Assembly: GCF_009834535.1 (NCBI RefSeq)
Contig: NC_045697.1
Span: forward strand, 37,326,001 to 37,390,000
From: Camelus ferus
Taxonomy: Eukaryota
Length of the DNA: 64,000 nucleotides
Direction of reading: 5' to 3'
Shown: positions 11,626 through 22,103 of the stretch, in pieces
How positions within the stretch are numbered: position 1 is the stretch's first letter
How the letters are laid out: the number at the start of each line of letters is the position of its first letter
The notes under the pieces: generated by a model
The model's database searches: none
What the model was told of the DNA's origin: nothing
Seen by the model: the letters and a program-made list of their open reading frames with translations, nothing else
Made by a program: the position numbers and the translations under genes

Positions 11626-12819
11626 CTGCTGCAATTCCTTCTGACAATAAGAATTATTGGATTACAGGTGTTCCGAGTCACCAACATTTCCTTATCCTTT
11701 TTATGCTTTGAAGGCAAATATTCAGGGAGGCAAAGGTGTTAGTTGACAATCACTGCGGAAGTTTCAGGCTGTGAGCTGCAGTTGGAGCAAATTCATGCGT
11801 GCAAGGTGCACGGATGCTGACTCCAGAATTATAAAAATATCCTATAGATCACGTTATCTTTTTCCTCCCCAATGGCAGTTTGATTTTTGAGCCTCCAAGG
11901 AAGAGATAATATTCTTACAATTCCTTTACCACATTTTAAAATAAAACATAACCATGAAAACCTCAGATCTGCTAAATTTAGTGGCTAAAATGTTAATATT
12001 TGTTATATTTGGAAAGTAACAACTCTAAGGCAGCTTTCTAACTCTTTCAGGCTGAAATTAGCTACCAGAAAACATCACTAAGACTGTTCCAGTGACTCAT
12101 GACTGCTGAGGAGATAAGAACGTGGGCTCTGGATTCAGCCAGACTGCCTTGGAAGCCCATCACTAAATGTATGTCTTAGGGCTACTTCACCGCTAAGCCT
12201 CAGCGCCTCGTTTATAAAATGGGAGTAATGGGTATATGTGTACCTAGCCCCTAACAGAATGATCATTATTCTGGGGGATTGGGATTTAGTTGAGGCTCCT
12301 AAGGACAAACAGCCTCCAAGTCACAAAAGAAAGAAGCATTGTTCTGACTTTCCAAATTGCTCTTCCTGGAAAGCCACTCATCTTGCTTACAGTCTATATA
12401 TTTTGAGAACTCTGGTTATTGGTATATAATCACTCAACTTGGCTGGGTTGGAGGCCGGTGTATGCCCCCAAGCAAGTCCTGTGTCACCTGTTTTCTGTAA
12501 TCAAATGAGACAAGCCAACCTTAGGTTGTTCTCTTTGGTTGACCCTTCCATCTCATGTGAAGATGTCATGTTAAATAGCTAAAGGGTTGCTTCGTGGATA
12601 TACAAGGTAGATTACCAGTTCCGGAGGCAGAACTAGGACCAAAGGTGGGAATTTTCCAGGTACAGATATGCACTCAATGGAATAGTAAGTAGTGATCTCC
12701 CTGTCACTGGAAGCATTCAAGAAAGCTTAGTCATTATAGGCCAAGACTGGCGGAGAGAATATTCTTGCTTTATGTAGAACATGGGACTGGATAATAATGA
12801 TACAAAGAGTAATAAAAAT

Positions 12820-13010
12820 CATGGCTTTCGTGTATTGAAGTGCTACATGCTTCACATATTTTCGTTTATTTAATCCTCATAGAAATCTTTCCAATTTTAT
12901 AGTAGTATCCCTTTCGCACATTACAAAACCAAAGCTCAGAGAAGTTAAATTATTTACCAACTCTCATACAGATGGAATAATTAACACTGGGATTTGAATC
13001 CAGACATATG
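12820..13010 (-). mobile_element. MIR
   Basis: tttaatcctcat...aaagctcagagaagttaaat...ctgggatttgaatccagac. Confidence 0.75.
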
Positions 13011-15159
13011 CTATTATTTTACAATTTCAGATATGTAATATCTGCTCATTATAAAGTCACCCAATGAGAACAATGAGGCTGTTTAATGACAATAGAAAAA
13101 TGACATCTGAAGTGGTGAGCGACAGACATCATCTAATACCTGCCTTGGCACTCAGGTTATATTTCTATTTTGTTTTCAGTGTGTATTATTGTAAATGGTG
13201 TGGTGTTTTCACTGTCCTTTTTGATATCTCCAGATACTCTTCAGTTGGACTAATTCAGAAGCTGGAAAGAAGATCAGGACGTTTTGTTTGAAGTCTCAAT
13301 CATTAACAGTATCTAACAACCACACGCCTGCCTTATCATAACACAGAAGTCAGACGAGAAGTACACAAAGCTCACAGAAACTGCTACAACAATCTATGAT
13401 ACGATATAATCACCACATGGCAGTTACTCACTCAACAAATTCTGAGAGGTGGTGGAACACACTCATTAGGAACTTAGGCTTTGACGCGAAGTAGCTCAGC
13501 GCCACCAGCACTAACTACAAAACTGACCCCAAGCACAATTCTTAAGCAATTTCAGCCTCAGCTTTACAAACGAGAATCATCAAGAACCAGCCAAGCCAAT
13601 CTGGTTGTTTACAGTTACCGAGTTCTTTTGAGAAGACAGAGGAAACCTCCAACAGGGAGAAGCAGATTTCTCCCACGGCACCCTGGACATAGAAAGTACG
13701 TTACGGCACCAAGTTCTGCAACATACAAGCACTTACCATATAGCCATTTGGTCTTATTTTACGAAAGGTCAGGGAAGTGCTAACTCTCTGTCCTTTCAGA
13801 CACTTTGAAAGCAGCTTGCCTGCAAGTTTCACTACAGGCAGGTGCAGAAATATCCTGACAGCTTCACTCAGCTAACTGTCTGGTCAGTTGGGTGACGTAA
13901 ACCTCCACTAAATGCTACACTCAGAGCAAATCAGAATCCTAATATTATTTAAACGGTGTAGGCTATTGGGCTAGCTTGATTCTTTCCTCTTCATTCAAGG
14001 GCAGGGGTGTCTATTCATTACTTCTAGTCAGTTCACTCATCCTTGAACACTATTCATTTCTCCAATGAAATGTCATTTCTAACATCCATTATGCTAATTA
14101 GAAACCTTCCGGTGTTGATCAGGGATAATGATAGTGGAGCCTCAGTTTTGGAGTAGAGTCTTTAAAATGCTAACTCCCTGGATTGTATATTTACATTTAG
14201 GGAACTACAAATGTTAACTAACGCCCCGAGGATAGGGATTAAAGTTAATACGCACTACGTTGAAGAATTTTAAAGCAAATTACAGATAATATAACAGTGG
14301 TAAAAATCCCTCCACAGGAATGTTTGTGAGAATTCATAATAGTTAATATATATGGAATGCTTACTCTGTGCCAAGTACTGGGCTCAATAGTTTATGTGCA
14401 TCTTCTCATTTAATCATCATAGAAACACTGTGAGAAAGACATTAAATGACTTATGAAGAAATAATCAAATAAATAGTCAAATATTTATTTATCTGTTAGT
14501 TAAATAGTTATTAGTCAATTGGCTATTAATTAGCATTATTCCTAGTACAGCATATGCATATAATAAGTGGTAACTATTCTTATGCTGCAGGTCTGATTAT
14601 TGTGTTAACCTACAGCACACATTATTTCATCAATGGTCTCTAATGTGTTAAATTTGGTGTATCAAATATTTGGAGTTATGTGTAATTTTTTTAAAGTCAC
14701 AGCTTTTCAGCTTTTTAAATGTTTACTAATATTTTTAAAATGAAGCTTAACTCAAACCTTCATGGCGTCCCTGAAGCATTTCCCTCTCTCAGACCCTGGT
14801 TTGATAGCGTTGGTCTAAGTGACGAGCCACCTTCCAGGGTTCAGCCCTCTATTAAGAATCCGTGATTCTATTATCACTAAGGGAAAAAATCTAAGATCTA
14901 CTGAAGCTCAACTTTCAACCCAGAAACAAACTTCAGCTACTCTTTATTTCAAATTCCAACCCACATAAAGACCATGATGAATAGGTGGAATCCTTATGGT
15001 TGTCACTCACATTTTCCTTCTTATTGAATAAACAAGATTATTTGCAGTCTGCTAGTCATCCCTCTCTTTCATTCTGTCTTTCTTTCTATGCTTTGTGGGT
15101 TCCAGGCTTTAAACATTAGAGCAATTTCATGAAGTTGCTTGACCTATACTTTTCAGGCA

Positions 15160-15500
15160 GTCATGTGCTCCTGACTCACAAGGCGAGCCAAAGCAGCAGG
15201 ATGAGAAGGACACCCCTTGCCACAGGGCTTCTCATTACAGATCAGAAGCTTCCAGACTTGAGGCCAGTGCTCTGAGTAGCCTCCTGATGGTCTGTGTTGT
15301 CTTCTCTTCATTCTTTTCCTGGAACAGGAAGTCGTAACTCTTCCCTTCTCGAATCAGAGTGAGCCACTAAAGAAACAGGAATGAGTGAAGCCAGTAGAAG
15401 TAACTTCCTTCAGGGGACTGTAGACTTCAGTGTAAAAAGGAAAAAAAAAAAATAATAACTTCAAAAAAGCCCCAGAATGTGCACTTTCCTGAAAGTAGAA
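15160..15500. promoter_or_regulatory. Candidate enhancer (AP-1, GAS, ETS motifs)
   Basis: TGACTCA 15172-15178; TTCCTGGAA 15316-15324 overlapping ACAGGAAGT 15324-15332; further ACTTCC motifs, in unique sequence. Confidence 0.35.
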
Positions 15501-17244
15501 ACATGTGACACAATTTTTAAAAGGTCTTGGCTTTATGGCTGGGTCTCTGGAGGGAATTAAAAGCTAAAAGGCATGGACATCATGACAAATTGTGACTGGA
15601 TACAGAAGACACAGAGACAGAAAAACGCTGAAGGCAACTAGCGCATCCAAAAAGAAAAGCTAATTCAAAACCAGAGATATAATTACCTAGATTAAAGAGC
15701 AAGCGCCCTTCTTAAATTTTCAGAGGAAGGTTATAAAAATCACTTCCTTTAAAATTAAATGTACCTTCTGATGTGAAAATATACAAGCCCTGAAGCCAAA
15801 AAAGTAAGATAATTAATTTTAGATCAGATTTTGAATGAAGGGGAATATGTTTCATCTGCTTGTCAAAGTTGCAAACATTAACAAGAGATTAATGACCCCT
15901 AAACCCAATAAAGTCATTACCAAACTAATAAAGACAATAGCCAAGATCCACAGTTAGTCACCCCAAAGATGGAAAAGACTATATTAGCTAAATGAAGTCA
16001 GATGATAGATTAAAAAGCAAAAACAAAAAAACAAAAAACAAAAAACCAAAAAAATCACTCTCATTAATGGAGAAGTTAAGAAAACTGCTACCAACATCTG
16101 CCATTTTCTGTCACCTCAGGCCATCTCTGATCCCCCTCTTGTCTATTGATTGCCTTACTTCGATTACAAGGCACTGAGGCAGGACATGTCTTGTGTCTCC
16201 ACTCCGTGTTGAGCATTTCCTTAGCATTAAATGGAGTATAGTCTGTGGTTCATTAGTTCATTCATCTTGCAAATGATTACTAAATGCATATTGAGAGCAA
16301 AGCATTGATTTGAGTTTGCTAGTTATACAAAGATTAAAAGCTAGGCCCCCCTGCCCTTGGAAGAGTTAACAGTCCAGGGAGGGACACACACATAACAGTA
16401 ATTACAATGTAATATACATACATACATAAAAATAATTGCAATGCAGAGGGCCTTTGAAAAGGTGTAATGGGAGTCAAGGGAAGTGGGCTGAAGTCTGCCC
16501 AGGGAGGAGGTGGAGCTTCAGCTGAGCGTTAATGGTTGACAAGAGGTTTGCTGTGAGGACAGCGGTGAACTGCCCCAAGTCCATTGGGTTATAGGTAAAC
16601 TTGCGATTCAATTTGCTGAAAAATTTCTGCTGAAAAATTTGAGGCTTTATTTACTTCCACAGTCTTACTACTACTATGAAAGCAAGCCTTAAAAAAAAAT
16701 CTGCCAAACACACAACATTTCTAAATAAATACTCCTTAAGGAAGCACAAAGCAGTTCCTGTTGGTCGGGTGAATGAAGTGGCAGCTCTCTATCCTTTTAG
16801 GTGCTTTGTGGGCTCTGACCACCACGTGCAAGAGAATTTCAGCTCAGCCAGAATGGCAGAACTACATTCCAAAGGCAGTATGCCATTAGCCGTAGAGTTG
16901 GCATCAGACAACCGTAAGTCTTCCTAAACCAATGGCTGGACTTGGGACCATTTAGGAATTCAACTTCAAGTGCCATCCTTGCAAATGCAAGCTATAGGCC
17001 TCCTAATTCTTACACCCTGTGCACACTAGAGTGGAAAGTGTCTCAAAAGTATTGTAGCTGCTCCATGTTTCTTTAACATCTTTCATTTCACCCATGAAAG
17101 TCCATTTTAAATATTCATCTTGCTGTTTAAGAGGCCATCAGTTTCCCCAAGGGAAAAAAAATGCTGGACATTCAGGATGCTAATTTGCACAACCTCAAGT
17201 ATTGATCAAGATCTCGCTAACAGGAGCACTTGTGGTAAACTCTT

Positions 17245-18100
17245 GAGGGCTGCGCTATCCAATATGGTAGCCAGGAGCCACGTGTGGCTGTGGAGTGCTT
17301 CAGCTAGGCCAAAGTGAGGTGCTCTGTAAGCGTAAGATACACTAGAGCTGAAAGACAGTGCTCCCCACCAAAAGGAACAGACCCCAGTCCTTGTCTTACC
17401 CGAAAGACAAGATTACAGATAGGAGATGGAGTGCATTATGTATCAAAAGATTTTGAAGGATTTATTTAGGAAAAGAAAAGTGCACTTCCAGAAACGGGAG
17501 GCGGGCTGATCCAAGGAAGGGAAAGCGGTGGTCTTTCTTTGCCCTTTCTCTTATGCCGTACCGGCGCTTGGAGGTGGTCTTTGGATTGATTGACGGCTCT
17601 TGCTCCTGGAATGCTTGTTTCCTTTGCGCACGTCCTTACCCATGCTGTACACAGAAAAACCCGTGGGGGGGGGAGGGCAAAACTGCAATGTTAATTATAT
17701 TACAACGAGTACTAGGTCCTGTCGGGTCAAGTTCTTCTCTCTGCCGAGCAGTTGCTGCTGTTGGTTCTAACCCATTTTTTTGCTGACACTCATTTAGAAG
17801 AAGTGAAGTCCCTTTGTGCTGGAGGCGGGCATAACGCCATCTTCTGGACCATCCTCCCTCATCTGCCCAGTCCCCTACTTCTATAATTACCTAATATTAG
17901 TACAACCCCCACAAAAAAATTAAATAAAATATCTCATTAATAATTTTATATGTCAAAATAATATCATATATATTGGGTTAAATAAAACATTCCAAAAATT
18001 CATTTCAGCCTCTTTCTTAGCATTTAAAAAGTGGCTGTTAGCAAAGTTAATGTTAAGTATGTGGCTTACATTACATTTCTGTCGGACAGAACTGCTGTAG
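17245..18100 (+). mobile_element. hAT-Charlie MITE (MER3/MER33-like), split by an LTR
   Basis: gcgctatccaatatggtagcca...ccacgtgtggct on the left; aaaatatctcattaataatttt...catttctgtcggacagaactg on the right. Confidence 0.75.
17359..17896 (-). mobile_element. Solo ERV1-like LTR
   Basis: TG...(C/T)A ends interrupting the MITE; minus-strand AATAAA (17461-17466), TATA-like CATAAGAG (~17550), CAAT-like motif (~17585); CpGs retained. Confidence 0.65.
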
Positions 18101-18279
18101 GGTACAGAAGATGGAATTCCAAATGAGAATACTTGCTGGTTTTCCCAGGACTGTGCATTTCTGGTGAAAATGCCAACAGCCTGAGGTACAGTTGTATGTA
18201 ACTTAACGGAACGGGCATGCCCCTAAAATCAAACTGTATATGCTAAAGTGTTTTAAAGTAGATCTATTTACTTGCTTAT

Positions 18280-19300
18280 TGATTGCCTAATGAGAAAGAT
18301 GAAGTCTGTACTGATATGGGGATTCATGTTCTCTCTGGAGTAGTCAGAAAGGGAAGAAATAAATAACAAACAAACAAAAACAACAACAAAAACCCCAGAA
18401 AACCAGAAGGGCTTGTGGAGAGAGTTAAAATGGTGTGAAGTAAAGAGTGAGTGGACGGCTACTTTAAATTGGATACTCAGAGAAGACCTCTCTGAGGAGA
18501 TGCCATTTAAAGTCACACCTGAATGGCACAGAGGGTCCAGACCTGCAAAGGTGGGGATAGGCAGAGTTGGGGGAGGGGGTTCAGGCCGAGGAAACAGCTA
18601 ATTGGCCTCAGTGACACCACGCTTTCTCAGTTTTTTGTTGAAATTCCCTGATTCTTCTCCCCTTTTGTGGCTGTCTCCTTCTCCACTCAAATGTGGGGTG
18701 AGCTTGGCCTGAGGAGACAGCAAATAAAGCATATAGATAGTATTAGGACCATGGCATACAGTGCAATACCCTGGGGAGAGGACACAGGTGGAGGGACCCA
18801 GCCTCCAGCCCTGGAGAGCTCCTACATTTAGAGGCTGAGTGAAGAAGCAGACAGCCACAAAAGGGGGGATGAATCAGGGAATTCCAACAAAAAACTGAGA
18901 GTGTGGTGTCACTGAGGCCAAGAGCTGAGGCTGTTTCAAGAGGAGCAAGTAGTTGTGCAGAAAGTATATTCCTGAAAGGTCAGGTGACTTCTGAACGCTA
19001 CCACTTGGAGGCCATCGGGCATTTTACAAAAGCAGCCTCTGCTGGGTCCTGGGGGTGGAATCCATCAAGAATAGGTTGAGGAGAGAATGGAGGCAATAAG
19101 TGGAGATGAAAAGTCTAGTCAGCCCTTTTAAGCAGTTTTTCTGTGACGGGAGAGAGCCATGCTGGTCTGAGGAACAGTAGAGATGGCTGGATGCAGGTAG
19201 CAGTGGGCGTGCCACTGCTGACAAAAGGAAGGAGCAAAAGTGGATGGACTAGGTCACAAGGCAGAGGGCATCTTCTGCATGATGGAGTGGAGGGAGACTA
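18280..19300 (-). mobile_element. L2 fragments
   Basis: agaagacctctctgaggagatgccatttaaag, gagtgtggtgtcactgaggccaag and similar L2 antisense motifs. Confidence 0.7.
18602..18921. repeat. Long inverted repeat (arms 18602-18689 and 18836-18921, 146-bp spacer)
   Basis: Reverse complement of arm 1 matches arm 2 with 6 substitutions and one 2-nt indel. Confidence 0.95.
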
Positions 19301-20299
19301 CCGAGGATATTGAGCAGAGGGGCATAGCGATCAGATATGGGTAGAAAGGGGAGAAGGAGGAAACACAGTAGGGGGTTTGGATTATGAGAGGCAGGGGTCT
19401 TCCATGTACATTCCCCCCATCATTGGGTTTGACAGATCTCATAGAACATTCTCAAGGAAAGTTGTAAGGAGAGTTAGCGGCTCAAACATCCTTAGTAGAT
19501 ACAAGCCAATTCATCAAAAACCAGTTTACATTGAAGTCAATTCACCAAAATTCCACTGGCCAAATGGAATTCACCTAATTTGCCAAATTTTTCAGTTAAT
19601 CAAAAAGTGTTCATGGAATCCACAGAAAGCTAATCCACTGACAGTCAAACTGCTAAAATTAGACTACCCAATGGCCAGCTCACCAAATTATCAATTCATC
19701 AACAACTCTACGTTATAAAGTTTACAGCATATGTGGAAAAATGGGCAAAGCATGCGGATAGGCAGTTCATAGAAGGAAAAGCCCTACTGACCACAGAGCG
19801 TGCCAAGAGATGTACAGCCTCACTGATAATCAAAGCAATGCAAATTTTGAAAAACACTGAGATTCTATTTTACATACATCAGGATGACAAATGCTGTACA
19901 GGAAGAGAATACCAAATATTAGCAAGTGACACAAGTTGGAATCTTCAATAGCAAACTCCCAGCTTATGCTTAGCAAGCAAGACATTTACTGGGAAGGACC
20001 TGTGGAGGGGGGCAGGGGGGGAGACAGGTGACATCAGCTGTGTCGCTGTCACAAAGAAAGACTCAGCCGGCCCCACAGGGAGCACTGAGGCTGGGGTCAC
20101 CCCTCATTGCTGACCCAGCAGAGGTAAAGGAATGAGTCATTTCTATGCCCTCAACTGGATGACCACTCACGGTGGTTTTTTCCAGCTGAGAACATTCCTG
20201 AAGGGGCTGAAGGCCAAGGAATGTCTTCCAGCACTATTCTCAGTAGCTGGAGGACTCCGTTCCTCATCCCTGAGGTGGGATCTGAGAGTTAGGCAAGTG

Positions 20300-21430
20300 T
20301 AGCATTGGTTGTTTTCTTTATTTTTAGATATTAAAATTTGGTTCATCATGGATTTTTTGCATTAACTTAGCTCGTTAAAAATATTGCATCAAAATTTTAT
20401 GTTAAATAGTGCTGCTGTGAACATTGGGGTGCGGGTATCTTTTCGAATCAGAGTTTTTGTCTTTTCCGGATATATGCCCAGGAGTAGGGTTGCTGGATCA
20501 TATTTTAGCTCTATTTCTAGTTTTTTAAGGAACCTCCTTACAGTTTCCCATAGTGGCTGCACTAATTTGTATTCCCACCAACAGTGTAGGAGGGTTTCAT
20601 TTTCGCCACACCTTCTCCAGCATTTATTATTTGTAGACTTTTTGATAATAGCCATTCTGACCAGTGTGAGGTGATATTTCCTTACGGTTTTGACTTGCGT
20701 TTCTCCATAATTAGTGACGTTGAGTAGCTTTCCATGTGCCTCTTGGCCATCTGTATGTCTTCTTTGGAGAAACTACATTAGCGAAGACATGGAAACAATC
20801 CAAATGCCTATACGTAGAGAGAGAGAGAGAATATTACTCAGCCATAAAAAAAATTTTCCATTTGTAGCAACATGGATGGACCTAGATGAGATTATACTTA
20901 GTGGAGTAAGTCTGAAAGAGAAGGACAGATATTATATGGTACCACTTACATATGGAATCTAAAAAATAATACAAATGAATCTGTAAACAAAACAACCATA
21001 TTCACAGACATAGAAAAACAAACTTATGGTTACCAAAGGGGAAAAGGATGAGGAGAGATAAATTAGGAGTTTAGGATTAACATATACAAACTGCTATTCA
21101 TGAAACAGATAAGCAACAAAGATTTACTGTATAACATAGTAACACAGGGAACTGTATTTAATATCTTGTAATAATCTATAATGGAAAATAACTTGGAAAA
21201 TATGTATAATTATAATAATTATATATAGTTATAAATATAATAATTGTATATATAATTATATATAATTTTAATTATGTATATATTATATACATATATAACT
21301 GAATCACTTTGCTGCACACCTAAAACAAACACAATATTGTAAATTAACTATATTTCAATAAAAAATATTATGTTATTACTAAGTTTGTTGGCATTCCCTT
21401 AAATTTTGCCTCCATCTCCCTGCCCTGCCT
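20300..21430. mobile_element. hAT-Tip100 MITE (MER91-like), split by an L1
   Basis: tttggttcatcatggattttttgcattaa...aaaaatattgcat on the left and attactaagttt...cccttaaattttgcc on the right. Confidence 0.55.
20405..21365 (+). mobile_element. L1 with 5' inversion (minus part ~20405-20772, plus part ~20778-21365)
   Basis: ORF 20389-20655(-) is the L1 ORF2 C-terminus ([42 protein letters not shown]); plus part continues agcgaagacatggaaacaa to the poly-A; TSD aaaat(t/a)ttatgtta at 20391-20404 and 21362-21375. Confidence 0.9.
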
Positions 21431-21664
21431 CCAATGGTTGTTAAACCGGTTAGTAATTCAGGGAAACAAGCTGGCAGTACTTAGTGACATTACATGTCCA
21501 TATGCTCTGTGATATAGCGATCAGCCTCCTGCATGTGCCCTCCACAAAACTCATCTCATTCCTCAGTAAGGAGACGTGTGTAAGGACGTGCATCAGGAAA
21601 TTTTTTATGGTAGCGGACAGCTGGAGACAACCTATACCTAGAGTATGAGTAGTAAAATGGCCCA

Positions 21665-21815
21665 GGGAGGAGGGTGTAGCTCAGTGGTAGAACGCAAGCC
21701 AAGCATGCACGAGGTCCTGGGTTCAATCCCCAGTACCTCCATTTAAAAATAAATAAATAAATAGACCTAATTACCTCCCCCTCAAAAAAAAAAAAAACCC
21801 AAAAAATAAAATAAA
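21665..21815 (+). mobile_element. tRNA-derived SINE (vic-1-like)
   Basis: gagggtgtagctcagtggtagaa...gaggtcctgggttcaatccccagtacctcc; TSD taaaatgg. Confidence 0.92.
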
Positions 21816-22002
21816 ATGGACTGAATGCATCCTATGGAATACAAAGCAGCTGTTGGAGGCAATGAACTGAGTATACAAAGATCAACATGGATAGATCTTT
21901 AAAACAGAGTAAGAAATAGAAGGATATTTATAGCACCATTCTATGTGTGTAGACTAAAAGCAAACATACAAAACACTAGTTAGGATCCACGTGTTTAAAT
22001 AA

Positions 22003-22103
22003 ATTTTGTTTGTTTGTTTGTTTTTTAAATGGAGGTACAGGGGATTGAACCCAGGAACTGGTGATGCTAAGTGTGTGCTCTACCACTGAGCTATTACCCT
22101 CCC
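22003..22103 (-). mobile_element. tRNA-derived SINE (vic-1-like)
   Basis: ggaggtacaggggattgaacccagg...ctctaccactgagcta. Confidence 0.9.

Noticed and set aside
16585..16650. Short segment resembling the terminal motif of the 19498-23019 element
   Set aside because: Too short and degenerate to support a link.
19377..19718. 113-aa ORF
   Set aside because: It reads through the repetitive subterminal array of a putative transposon and shows no homology.
21200..21300. AT-rich quasi-palindromic tract
   Set aside because: Ordinary (TA)-rich expansion inside an L1 3'UTR.
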